Part shown: positions 19,794 to 29,049 of the stretch, piece after piece
How the letters are laid out: each line of letters begins with the position of its first letter
Numbering within the stretch: position 1 is the stretch's first letter
Assembly: GCA_963809415.1 (NCBI GenBank)
Contig: CAWEJJ010000005.1
Span: forward strand, 41,573 to 105,572
Source: an uncultured Ignavibacteriaceae bacterium
GTDB taxonomy: Bacteria > Bacteroidota > Ignavibacteria > Ignavibacteriales > Ignavibacteriaceae
DNA: 64,000 nucleotides
Direction of reading: 5' to 3'
Translations under genes and position numbers: made by a program
Notes under the pieces: model-generated
The model's input: the letters and a program-made list of their open reading frames with translations, nothing else
Databases searched by the model: none
What the model was told of the DNA's origin: nothing

Positions 19794-20723
19794 CTAAATT
19801 AGTTTAATCATAAAATTGTATAACGATGCCCATTCATCTTTTTTCAAATTAAATACTGTACCGTTAAAACCATTCTGGTTTACATTGTTTATAACAAGAT
19901 TAATAAAATCCGAAAGATTCTGCTGCCATCCATTATTCTTCACTAAAAATGACAAGGCAATTTTAGGATCAGTGGTTACTTTCTTAAAGACTTTAAATCC
20001 ATTTTCATTTGAAAAAGAATTTAAAGTACTTATATCTGATTTAACTTTATTAATCCGATTTTCATTTTCTGAAATTATTAATAAAGCAGCTTTTGCAACA
20101 GGAATTTGTGCTGCAATTTGCTGACCAGCCGATAGATTATATGTTGTATTCAGGGCTTGCAAATCGGCATCTGTATCAGCAGCAGGATCAGGAATAAATG
20201 TTGTTCTGATATAATGAGCTAAGGCAAACTTTTGTTCTGGTAACAGATAATCAAAAGAAACCATAGCGCTTGGGGGTAAACCCTCTTGCAGTGTTGTATA
20301 AATTTCGGAAAGTTTGGTACCATTTTTCCAACCACTCTTGGATGTAAAATTACGAGGTGGCGGATTTAACCCTGTCGAAGCAGGACCATCGCCCTTACCG
20401 TTATTTCCATGACAGGACGAACAATTTGCCTTATAAAGTTTTTCACCTTCAGACAAAAGTTCCGGTGTGGATGTTTTTAATTCCATTACATTAACCGGTG
20501 GAACCACGATTGCATTTTTTACTGGAAGATCTGTTACAATTGTTGAATCCCTTAGAACCGGTGGCACATTCTCTCTTGCTATATTATCAAGATTTTGTAC
20601 GTAATAAATGCCCAAGCCTAAACCGATAATTAGAATATATGGATATAATAATCCAAAAACTGTCCCAGGATTTGCAGCTAGTTGCCGGGTTTTATTTTTA
20701 ATTCCGTTAATTATATCTTTCAT
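19794..20723 (-). CDS. Membrane-anchored monoheme c-type cytochrome
   Basis: 309 aa with an N-terminal TM helix (VFGLLYPYILIIGLGLGIYYV), a single CSSCH heme motif, and a C-terminal domain of about 130 aa of unknown function. It sits between actF and the SCO gene. Confidence 0.7.
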   Translation of the reverse strand: MKDIINGIKNKTRQLAANPGTVFGLLYPYILIIGLGLGIYYVQNLDNIARENVPPVLRDSTIVTDLPVKNAIVVPPVNVMELKTSTPELLSEGEKLYKANCSSCHGNNGKGDGPASTGLNPPPRNFTSKSGWKNGTKLSEIYTTLQEGLPPSAMVSFDYLLPEQKFALAHYIRTTFIPDPAADTDADLQALNTTYNLSAGQQIAAQIPVAKAALLIISENENRINKVKSDISTLNSFSNENGFKVFKKVTTDPKIALSFLVKNNGWQQNLSDFINLVINNVNQNGFNGTVFNLKKDEWASLYNFMIKLI

Positions 20724-20748
20724 AAAAAACCTTGAGTCTCAAATAATT

Positions 20749-21936
20749 TTAGAGATGAAAATCAATACCTCTTTTTAATTTTGGGTCACCGATCGGAACG
20801 ATATTATCCTTTTTAGAACGCCAATTAAACAATAATATCACTAACCCGATTCCAGCAATCGGAAATACTAAATCAATCCAACTAAATACGTATCCATTTT
20901 TCATAATTTCCATATTAGGCATTATCAACCAAAACAAATCGAATAGGTGTGCAAATAACAACCACATTGCTATAAATTTTAAAATCTTTGGATTCTGTTT
21001 TGATGGTTGTGTAAGTAACACAAAATAAGGAACCGCAAATTGAATTATTATCAACGCAATTGAAAAGTAAGCCCAACTTCCATTCCAGCGCGTTAAGAAC
21101 CAAAAAGTTTCTTCGGGTAAATCAGCATACCATATTAATAATAATTGAGCAAAGGCTATGTAAGCCCAAAAATTAACAAACGCGAATAACAATGCCCCAA
21201 GACTGTATAAATGATCATTATTCATCCAGGGGAAATAATTTTTTTCTTTTAACAATACTACGGCAAGTGTTACAGCAGCTAATGCTGCTACAACTGTCCC
21301 GGCAAAATAGTAAACTCCGAAAATTGTTGAGAACCAATGTGGTTGTAAACTCATCATAAAATCTATTGCGGTAAATGTAATGCTAAGTGCAAAAATCAGA
21401 ATAAAGATTGCTGATAATTTTATATTCTTTTTTGTTAATGACTGATCTTTATTGGAATCTTGCTTTCTGGAATTTCTTGCGATCATCCAATAAAACATAG
21501 CCCACAGACCAATAAATACAAATGTTCTTATTACAAAAAAAGTTATGTTTAAGTATGGAGCTTTGCCTTGCAGAATTTTATCATGTGCAACTGCTTCTTT
21601 ATGTGCCCAATGAAAAAGATCATGATTGAATATGAGTATTGGAATCACTAACACTAACAATATTGGGATAAGTCCTGCAAAAAATTCCGGAATTCTTCTA
21701 ATTGGGGTGCTCCAATCTGCACCCGCAACATATTCCAAAGCAACAAGAAAAAGTGAGCCAAGTCCAACACTTACAATCATCATATAAGTAACAAGATAAT
21801 TAAAAACTGCTCTTTCCTGATCAACAAAAAATGCAATTACTGAAAGAATTGTACCTGTAAGAAAAAGTAAAATCCCAATTTTTGCAAAACCGGCAGGTAA
21901 ATCTTTTTTCTGGTAATTAAATTCAGTTTGTGTCAT
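20749..21936 (-). CDS. actF: Alternative complex III subunit ActF (NrfD-like membrane subunit)
   Basis: About 395 aa, polytopic, and last of the act genes. The ATG at 21936 ([12 protein letters not shown]...) is preferred over the upstream TTG at 21963. Confidence 0.75.
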   Translation of the reverse strand: MTQTEFNYQKKDLPAGFAKIGILLFLTGTILSVIAFFVDQERAVFNYLVTYMMIVSVGLGSLFLVALEYVAGADWSTPIRRIPEFFAGLIPILLVLVIPILIFNHDLFHWAHKEAVAHDKILQGKAPYLNITFFVIRTFVFIGLWAMFYWMIARNSRKQDSNKDQSLTKKNIKLSAIFILIFALSITFTAIDFMMSLQPHWFSTIFGVYYFAGTVVAALAAVTLAVVLLKEKNYFPWMNNDHLYSLGALLFAFVNFWAYIAFAQLLLIWYADLPEETFWFLTRWNGSWAYFSIALIIIQFAVPYFVLLTQPSKQNPKILKFIAMWLLFAHLFDLFWLIMPNMEIMKNGYVFSWIDLVFPIAGIGLVILLFNWRSKKDNIVPIGDPKLKRGIDFHL

Positions 21937-23089
21937 TGCTGCCAGTCTCCTTGTTGATCTCAATTAAATCAGAATCGCTTGCATTTTTAGCTCTTTGTAA
22001 AACTCTAATATAATTTACAATTGCCCAGCGTTCATCCCTTGCTATTTGCGATGCATAAGAAGGCATTGCATTTTGTCCGTTTGTTATAATATGATATATC
22101 ATGCCATCACTAAAATCTATTGCTCTTTTTGAATGTAAAGTTGGAGGATTGGGGAATTGTCCTCTAAGTCTGCTGTCGCCATCTGCAAAATAACCATGGC
22201 AAGGGCTGCAAAATGTAAAAAACTTTGCTTTACCTAATTTTAAATTTTCTTTAGTTGGCAAAAATGGATTTGCTAAAACTTTGGGTGGATTCAATTGCCC
22301 TTTATATGGATAAGGAATAAATCCTCTTGCAACAGTACCTTCTACCGGTGTTCGCATACCAAATCCGTCAGCAAAAAGTTCACTTGGTTTTTGGGGATTT
22401 AACTTTTCCTGGTCATCCATCCAATTAAATGGTGTGATATAAAGAAGTTTATTTAAAGTAAAATAAGTTGCACCTGAAACTACTGCTGCTGTTACCAGTA
22501 AAAACAATAAAAATTTAGGTTGAAATATGGAATAAGTTTCCTCTTCAGGATAATAAATCATTTCAACATTTAATGGATGGAGCTTCTGAAAAAAATCCGT
22601 AACAGATTTTTCATCGAACTTTGCATCTGATGCTTCAACAATAACTCCATATTTATCAGCCGAAACACTTTTCATATAGTTTGTGTCGTGTAATGGATGT
22701 TTATTATTTGGCAGTTTAAAGAATAAGGCTATCATAGCAATTACAGTTGATACAGTTGCAACTAAAACTGTAACCTCAAATGTAATAGGAATGAGTGCAG
22801 GAAATGCAAAAAATGGTTTTCCGCCTATTACTATTCTATAATTAACCGCCATCGTCCAGTACATAAATAACAAAGCCATAGCTCCACCGGTTAAACCCAT
22901 TACCAAAGTTATGAATCCAAGTTTTGAGGGCTTCAATTTCATTGCGCTATCCATACCGTGAACTGGATATGGAGTGTTTACATCAAACTTGGTAAAACCT
23001 GATTCAACAACTTTTTTGACAGCATTAATTACTTCATCCGGAGTTTTAAATGTGGCAGCCACACCAAATAGTTTTTTTTCACTATTCAT
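21923..23089 (-). CDS. Fused ActD (DUF3341-like) and ActE (monoheme cytochrome c) subunit of alternative complex III
   Basis: The N-terminal half ([20 protein letters not shown]... plus 2 TM) is ActD-like. The C-terminal half has one TM plus CSPCH and NAMPSY (Met ligand), and is ActE-like. The two halves form a single uninterrupted ORF. Start placed at the ATG at 23089 (MNSEKKLFG...). Confidence 0.75.
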   Translation of the reverse strand: MNSEKKLFGVAATFKTPDEVINAVKKVVESGFTKFDVNTPYPVHGMDSAMKLKPSKLGFITLVMGLTGGAMALLFMYWTMAVNYRIVIGGKPFFAFPALIPITFEVTVLVATVSTVIAMIALFFKLPNNKHPLHDTNYMKSVSADKYGVIVEASDAKFDEKSVTDFFQKLHPLNVEMIYYPEEETYSIFQPKFLLFLLVTAAVVSGATYFTLNKLLYITPFNWMDDQEKLNPQKPSELFADGFGMRTPVEGTVARGFIPYPYKGQLNPPKVLANPFLPTKENLKLGKAKFFTFCSPCHGYFADGDSRLRGQFPNPPTLHSKRAIDFSDGMIYHIITNGQNAMPSYASQIARDERWAIVNYIRVLQRAKNASDSDLIEINKETGSNDTN

Positions 23090-24458
23090 TATGATCCCCT
23101 CCATGATATGTTGGCTGTGCACCTTCAGCAACTGCTTTGATTTCTGAAATTGAAACTACAGGTAATGCTTTTGTGAAAAGGATTACTAAGGTAAAGAATA
23201 AACCAAAACTTCCGAGTAAAATTCCAAAATCAACAATAGTTGGTTTATAATATGCCCACGCTGAAGGAAGAAAATCACGACTAAGTGATGTAACGGTAAT
23301 TACAAATCTTTCAAACCACATACCCACATTCACTAAAATTACAATCACCAGCATTAATGGAATTGATCTTCTAATTTTCTTAAACCAGAAAAGTTGTGGA
23401 AAGATTACATTGCAGCTTACCATAATCCAGTATGCCCACGCATATGGACCGATTGCCCTGTTAATAAATACAAATTGTTCCACAGATACACCGCTGTACC
23501 ATGCAATAAAAAATTCCATTGCATAGGCGTATCCTACCATTGATCCTGTGGCAAGAATTATTTTATTCATTTTTTCCAGATGATCAAGAGTAATTATGTG
23601 TTCAAGATTAAATATTTTTCGTACAAAAATTAAAACTGTTACAACCATTGCGAATCCGGAAAAAATTGCACCTGCTACAAAATATGGTGGAAAAATCGTT
23701 GTGTGCCAGCCAGGTAAAATTGAAACTGCAAAATCAAAACTTACAATTGTATGTACTGAAAGAACTAAAGGGGTCGCAAATCCAGCTAATAGTACATAAG
23801 CTTTTTCATAATGCGTCCAATGTCTATTTGAATGCATCCATCCCAATGAAAAAATGGAATAAATAGTTTTCTTAAACTTTGTTGTAGTTCTATCTCTAAG
23901 TGTTGCAAAGTCCGGGATTAAACCAACGTACCAGAAAAACAATGAAACAGTAAAATATGTGGAAACTGCAAACACATCCCACACAAGCGGTGATGTAAAA
24001 TTAACCCATATACTATGTTGATTTGGATAAGGGAGCAAATAACCTGCAAGCCACGGACGTCCCGTGTGGATTACCGGAAATATACCTGCACACATAACAG
24101 CAAAGATCGTCATCGCTTCCGCAAATCTTGCTATACCGGTACGCCATTTTTGTCTCAATAAAAATAAGATTGCAGAAATCAAAGTACCAGCATGACCCAT
24201 ACCAACCCAAAAGACAAAATTTACAATTGCAAATGCCCAGCCAACTGGCTGATTGTTACCCCACATTCCTATTCCATAATAAAAAGTATAACCAACCGAA
24301 ATGGCACCAATAAGCAATGCAGTTAAAGAAATTGAAAGCGCAATAAAAAATTTTTTATCGGGCTTTGTACCCATTGGTTTGGCTACCAATTCTTCAATTT
24401 GTGCAAGGGTCAATCTTCCCGCAACAACAGGCGATTCTTTGGAGTAATCAATATTCAC
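23082..24458 (-). CDS. actC: Alternative complex III subunit ActC (NrfD/PsrC-like quinol-interacting membrane subunit)
   Basis: 458 aa with about 10 TM helices and NrfD-family character. Its start overlaps the actB stop. Confidence 0.85.
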   Translation of the reverse strand: MNIDYSKESPVVAGRLTLAQIEELVAKPMGTKPDKKFFIALSISLTALLIGAISVGYTFYYGIGMWGNNQPVGWAFAIVNFVFWVGMGHAGTLISAILFLLRQKWRTGIARFAEAMTIFAVMCAGIFPVIHTGRPWLAGYLLPYPNQHSIWVNFTSPLVWDVFAVSTYFTVSLFFWYVGLIPDFATLRDRTTTKFKKTIYSIFSLGWMHSNRHWTHYEKAYVLLAGFATPLVLSVHTIVSFDFAVSILPGWHTTIFPPYFVAGAIFSGFAMVVTVLIFVRKIFNLEHIITLDHLEKMNKIILATGSMVGYAYAMEFFIAWYSGVSVEQFVFINRAIGPYAWAYWIMVSCNVIFPQLFWFKKIRRSIPLMLVIVILVNVGMWFERFVITVTSLSRDFLPSAWAYYKPTIVDFGILLGSFGLFFTLVILFTKALPVVSISEIKAVAEGAQPTYHGGDHNE

Positions 24459-27400
24459 TATGCTTCCTCTGAATGGATGTTTCTGAGTTTAGCTATATAT
24501 GTAACATTTGGCTTAATGTTAAGCTCTTCAAGCACATAATAGCCTAGCTCGTGATTTCTATATTTATAAAATTCTGAATTTTTATCGTTTATATCACCAA
24601 AGTGAATAGCATTTGTGCTGCAAGAATCCTGGCAAGCTGTTGTTACATCAGTTCCTTTGAGTTCACGTTTATTATGAGTTGCTTCAGCCCTTGCTTCAGA
24701 AATTCTTTGAACACAGAAAGTACATTTTTCCATAACACCACGTGATCTGACTGTAACTTCAGGATTTTGCATCAATGCAAGTATTGGATTTTCCTGGTAA
24801 CTGTCTTTGAAGTGATCTCTAAAATTGAAGAAATTAAATCTTCTCACTTTATATGGACAGTTATTAGAACAGTATCGAGTACCAACACATCTATTATATA
24901 CCATCTGGTTTAATCCATCAGGGCTGTGAGAAGTTGCGGCTACCGGGCACACATTTTCGCAAGGTGCTTGATCGCAATGTTGGCAAAGCATCGGCTGGAC
25001 ACTTACATTTGGTTCATTTACAGTACCCGAATAATATCTATCTATTCTTAACCATTGCATTTCTCTGCTCTTTAATACCTGATCTTTTCCAACAATAGGA
25101 ATATTATTTTCAACATTACAAGCAATCACACAATCACCACAACCGGTACACTTATTTAAATCAATTGCCATTCCCCATTTAACTCCATTATAGGGATGAG
25201 GTTCATAAACACTTGGCAAGTCTTCGCTTTGTTTCTCTTTAATAAATTTTGGATTTGTTATATAACCGGTAACAGTACCTTCCTGAATAATATGTCTCTT
25301 TTGAGCTAAATCTTTTGTCCGTTCATCATCAAAAGCATGGTGTTCTTGAGATGAAGCTAATTCATAAGTTTCACCGGTTTTCTTTATAGATGCGTTCGAA
25401 TAGATTAACGGAGATTGAACATTTTTTTTCGACAGTAATATATTTGCATTAAATCCGGCACCGCTTGCAACTGTGCCTGAGTGTTCTCTTCCATATCCTA
25501 ATTCGATAACAATAACATCATCGGCGGTACCTGCCTGCAGAAAAACAGGTAAAATTATTTTTCTTTCTTCAACCGATACTTCAATAACGTCATTATTCTT
25601 TAGATCTAATGATTTGCATGTATTTTCGGATAGTGCCGCATAATTATCCCAGGTTATTTTAGATAGTGGATGTGGGAGTTCTTGTAACCAGCCATTATAA
25701 GCTAATCGACCATCACCAACCTGATAGCTTTCCTTTAAGACAACTGTATAACCATTTACAGATTGAACTTCATTATAAAGTAAAGAAATATTATTTAATT
25801 GTACTGGAGCTGGGTTTTCAGCTACTTCATTTGTAAAAACAATTCCATCATGCAATGCACCAAGCCAAAACTGATCAAAATCTAATTCTGATTTTAGGGT
25901 TGGATAAATTGTTGTTTCCCAATTCTTCATCAAATAATCATGATAAAGTTTTTCTGAAAAAACTTCAGTATTACCATTAATCCAGGTTAATAATATTGCT
26001 TCTTTTTGTCTCGTGTTTTTTAGTGGTGTAATTACCGGTTGCTGTAAAGAAATTATACCAGTTCTTGTCTTTGCATCTCCCCACGCTTCAAAGTTATGAT
26101 TTATTGGAAGTACATATTTACTAACTTGTGTAGTTTCACTCTGTCTTTCAGTAAGAGTAACAACAGTATCAACTTTTTTTAATGCAGTTTCATAACTATA
26201 ATCCTGAGCAAGGTGATAAATAGGATTACAATCAAAATGAATTACAGCAGCTACTTTTCCATTATTCATTTTGGAAACTAATTCTTCTAAATCTTTTGTT
26301 GGTGTTAGTTGCAATAAATTATAATTAGCTGAATCTGTTCTAAATAGTTGCGAATTTCCTAATGCGGCATTAAGCAGGTTAACAGCAATATGAACATTTT
26401 CTGGTAATGAATTGCCAGCATCGATAATTATCTTTCCTTTGTTGGATAATAGATCAATGACTAGATGGTTCAGCACTTCCATTTTAACTTTGTATTTAGA
26501 TGCAAATGATGGAAGTGAAAAAGCTGATGTATTTGCAGAAATATTTATTGCCCCTTTTCGCTGAAGTTCATTTATTAAGCTCATCACAAACTCATATTGA
26601 GCTTGGGGACGTAATCTTAATCTGTAATCAGAATTTAAACCTGTAAGACTAAGGTTACTTTCAACGACATAAAGTCTATTAAATTTTTTAGTGTCAACAT
26701 TTCTTCCTTCTGTAAACAACCTTGCGGTTTCAATTCTGTTATTTTCAACACCTAAGAAATCCGATTCGAGTGAAAGAATAACTTTTGCTTCATCCCATTT
26801 TAATAAAGGGTAATTGCCGGATCCATAGCATTTTTGCCATGCGGAATTTTTTATTGAATCATTAAACAGTTCATAAGAATAAATTTTTACGCTCGGATAT
26901 TTTTGTTTGAAATCATCTAATACTTTTAAAGTTGTAGGCGATGTAACTGTATGCGTTATAATTGCAATCTCATTATTCCCTGCCCCATTTAAGGCTTCAA
27001 GAATATAATCATTTGCCTCCTTCCAATTTGTCTCTACAAAACCAGAACCATTTTTCTTCAGCGGGGAACCCAATCTTTCAGGATCATAAAGATTTAAAAT
27101 ATTTGCCTGTCCTTTAGAACAAATCTTTCCCTTGTTTACAGGATGTTCAGGATTCCCATCAACTTTAATTGGTCTCCCTTCACGAGTTCTTATTAATATT
27201 CCGCAAGCATTTGAACAAACTGTACATGTTGATGCATAAAAATTAGGTTTCCCGATCGTAATTTCTTCTGGTTTAACATTGTAAGGAACTATCTCACCTT
27301 TATCACGATAATCAGTACAAGCAGTGCCGGCTAACGCTGCCGAAGCTCCTAAAAGTGCGAAAAATTTTCTTCTAGAAATTGATGAAAGATGTAAGGGATC

Positions 27401-27559
27401 AAAGTCATCAGTTGTACCTTCTTTAAATTCATGATTTCGTGCTTCTATTACTTGGGGATCATTATAAAGATCTTCAAAACTTCTCCAATAATTTACATCA
27501 GTATTAGATGATTCGGATGAATTTATATTATCAGATTTAGGTTCAGACATTCTTATCAC
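24458..27559 (-). CDS. actB: Alternative complex III subunit ActB (molybdopterin-oxidoreductase-like domain fused to 4-cluster FeS domain)
   Basis: 1033 aa with an N-terminal YWRSFEDL motif and a Tat-like [17 protein letters not shown]. The C-terminal ferredoxin-like clusters are [25 protein letters not shown] and [12 protein letters not shown]. An alternative ATG start at 27550 (MSEPKS...) is likely. Confidence 0.9.
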   Translation of the reverse strand: MIRMSEPKSDNINSSESSNTDVNYWRSFEDLYNDPQVIEARNHEFKEGTTDDFDPLHLSSISRRKFFALLGASAALAGTACTDYRDKGEIVPYNVKPEEITIGKPNFYASTCTVCSNACGILIRTREGRPIKVDGNPEHPVNKGKICSKGQANILNLYDPERLGSPLKKNGSGFVETNWKEANDYILEALNGAGNNEIAIITHTVTSPTTLKVLDDFKQKYPSVKIYSYELFNDSIKNSAWQKCYGSGNYPLLKWDEAKVILSLESDFLGVENNRIETARLFTEGRNVDTKKFNRLYVVESNLSLTGLNSDYRLRLRPQAQYEFVMSLINELQRKGAINISANTSAFSLPSFASKYKVKMEVLNHLVIDLLSNKGKIIIDAGNSLPENVHIAVNLLNAALGNSQLFRTDSANYNLLQLTPTKDLEELVSKMNNGKVAAVIHFDCNPIYHLAQDYSYETALKKVDTVVTLTERQSETTQVSKYVLPINHNFEAWGDAKTRTGIISLQQPVITPLKNTRQKEAILLTWINGNTEVFSEKLYHDYLMKNWETTIYPTLKSELDFDQFWLGALHDGIVFTNEVAENPAPVQLNNISLLYNEVQSVNGYTVVLKESYQVGDGRLAYNGWLQELPHPLSKITWDNYAALSENTCKSLDLKNNDVIEVSVEERKIILPVFLQAGTADDVIVIELGYGREHSGTVASGAGFNANILLSKKNVQSPLIYSNASIKKTGETYELASSQEHHAFDDERTKDLAQKRHIIQEGTVTGYITNPKFIKEKQSEDLPSVYEPHPYNGVKWGMAIDLNKCTGCGDCVIACNVENNIPIVGKDQVLKSREMQWLRIDRYYSGTVNEPNVSVQPMLCQHCDQAPCENVCPVAATSHSPDGLNQMVYNRCVGTRYCSNNCPYKVRRFNFFNFRDHFKDSYQENPILALMQNPEVTVRSRGVMEKCTFCVQRISEARAEATHNKRELKGTDVTTACQDSCSTNAIHFGDINDKNSEFYKYRNHELGYYVLEELNIKPNVTYIAKLRNIHSEEA

Positions 27560-27719
27560 CTATTTTTTTTCTATTAACAGCAAGAGGATTAAGCTGAACT
27601 TTAATTTCTTTTTTATTCTTTTCAATTTTTTTTGAAATTATGTTCATTGGGAAAGATTTATATATCACTAATCCCAATGCACTTAATGAAATTGAAGTAA
27701 AGAATTTTTTTCTGTTCAT
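27543..27719 (-). CDS. Possible small ORF (58 aa) between actA and actB, below the ORF-track cutoff
   Basis: My own translation gives [58 protein letters not shown]. It has a signal- or TM-like N-terminus and a lysine-rich tail, and it fills an otherwise unexplained 190-nt gap inside the act operon. Confidence 0.3.
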   Translation of the reverse strand: MNRKKFFTSISLSALGLVIYKSFPMNIISKKIEKNKKEIKVQLNPLAVNRKKIGDKNV

Positions 27720-27751
27720 ATAAAGTCTGTTAAATTAATTTTTATTTTTTG

Positions 27752-28324
27752 TTACCTATGGCAAGCGGAACAATATTCAGGTCCCGGTTTAATTTTATCT
27801 TTTAATTCAGGAAATTTGTCATGTACATTGCGATGACAATTCAAACAACTGCCCATAGTAAAAGAATTCATCTGTCCGACTTTTTCCATTTGAGTAATTT
27901 CACCATGACAGGCAGTACAATTAATTCCTTTGTTAATATGTACTGAATGATTGAAATAGGCATAATCGGGAACTTTATGAATTCTTTTCCATGGAATAGG
28001 TTTATCCTCGCGATAATACTGTGTTAGCTTAATAATTTCAGGTCTATCTTTACGAGCAACCGAGTGACAATTCATACAAGTTGCTGCTGCAGGAACAGTT
28101 GCAAATCTGGTTTTTTCTACCCCGATGTGACAATACTGACAATCAATTTTCATATCGCCGGCATGAAGTTTATGCGAAAAGTTTATGGGTTGAGTAGGAG
28201 AATAACCAACACCATCGCGTGCAGCCCTGGATCCATAATAAGTAACGGTAAAAGATGAAATAACAACAAAGAGTGTAACAGGCAATCTGTTTCTAAAAAT
28301 ATAATCAAGAAAAGATTTTTTCAT
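27752..28324 (-). CDS. actA: Alternative complex III subunit ActA (pentaheme cytochrome c)
   Basis: 190 aa with an N-terminal anchor and five CxxCH motifs (CQYCH, CMNCH, CTACH, CLNCH, CSACH). It is the first gene of the act cluster. Confidence 0.85.
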   Translation of the reverse strand: MKKSFLDYIFRNRLPVTLFVVISSFTVTYYGSRAARDGVGYSPTQPINFSHKLHAGDMKIDCQYCHIGVEKTRFATVPAAATCMNCHSVARKDRPEIIKLTQYYREDKPIPWKRIHKVPDYAYFNHSVHINKGINCTACHGEITQMEKVGQMNSFTMGSCLNCHRNVHDKFPELKDKIKPGPEYCSACHR

Positions 28325-28725
28325 TAATATCCCATCAACAATTTAAGGGCTAATAATTATATTACTCTTTGCAGGAAAATACCTGTAAAGATTTTTATTA
28401 ATTGATTTTTTGTTTCGGATTAACAGGGCTAAAGTTGGCTCTCCCTGATTGCTATAAATTAATAGTTTCGGACTATTAACATTTACACTTTTTAAAATTA
28501 TAAATTTATGATTTTAAAACAAAATAATGATTAAATAAATTATTCTAATTACATTAAATGGCTAAATGAATAGTTGCCAAAAGCAACATTCCCAAAAGTA
28601 ACTTCTAAAAGATAATTGCTTAAAATTCATGCTGTCCTGAATTTTTGAGATCTGAAACATTAATCATGATTTTGAAATTAGTTTAAAAATAGGAATTCAA
28701 TGCAAACTAAATTTTTAAGATTCTA

Positions 28726-29010
28726 TTAAAAAATATTCTTTAGTATTTGATATGTTATAAAGGCGGTAAGTATTAGAATTCCAAGATAGAGCAATAAATT
28801 TTTATAGGTTTTTGCACCTAAGATTCTCGTAATTCTAAAACCGCGCCATCCGCAATTATTACAACGAAATGTTCTATAAAAAGTAAAATGATTAAAAAAT
28901 TTTTCTTTTGCGTTATGGGAATGTGATCTTCTAATTGTATTAGTAAAACCACATGATGGACATTTATCAAACATAGGATCATTATTGTAATTTGATTTAT
29001 TACTTTTCAT
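28726..29010 (-). CDS. Small zinc-ribbon protein with C-terminal TM helix (hypothetical)
   Basis: 94 aa with two CxxC pairs (CPSCG, CNNCG) and a C-terminal hydrophobic helix LLLYLGILILTAFITYQIL. Confidence 0.5.
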   Translation of the reverse strand: MKSNKSNYNNDPMFDKCPSCGFTNTIRRSHSHNAKEKFFNHFTFYRTFRCNNCGWRGFRITRILGAKTYKNLLLYLGILILTAFITYQILKNIF

Positions 29011-29049
29011 AAACCTAAATTGAAAAATCTTTAATCTATGAAAAGCGTA

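Noticed and set aside
20915-21103. Same-strand alternative-frame ORFs inside large genes (20915..21103, 24013..24210, 42204..42473, 44830..45018, 62339..62572, 62843..63034, 10773..11015, 11111..11341)
   Set aside because: Each is fully nested in a better-supported frame, and none has a motif. I checked whether they marked further frameshifts. The main frames are continuous across them.
27543-27559. Possibility that the 58-codon ORF is really the N-terminus of ActB, joined by another indel
   Set aside because: A fusion would give ActB two Tat-like motifs and an atypical N-terminus. MSEPKS...YWRSFEDL already resembles a normal ActB start. It is kept only as a low-confidence separate ORF.
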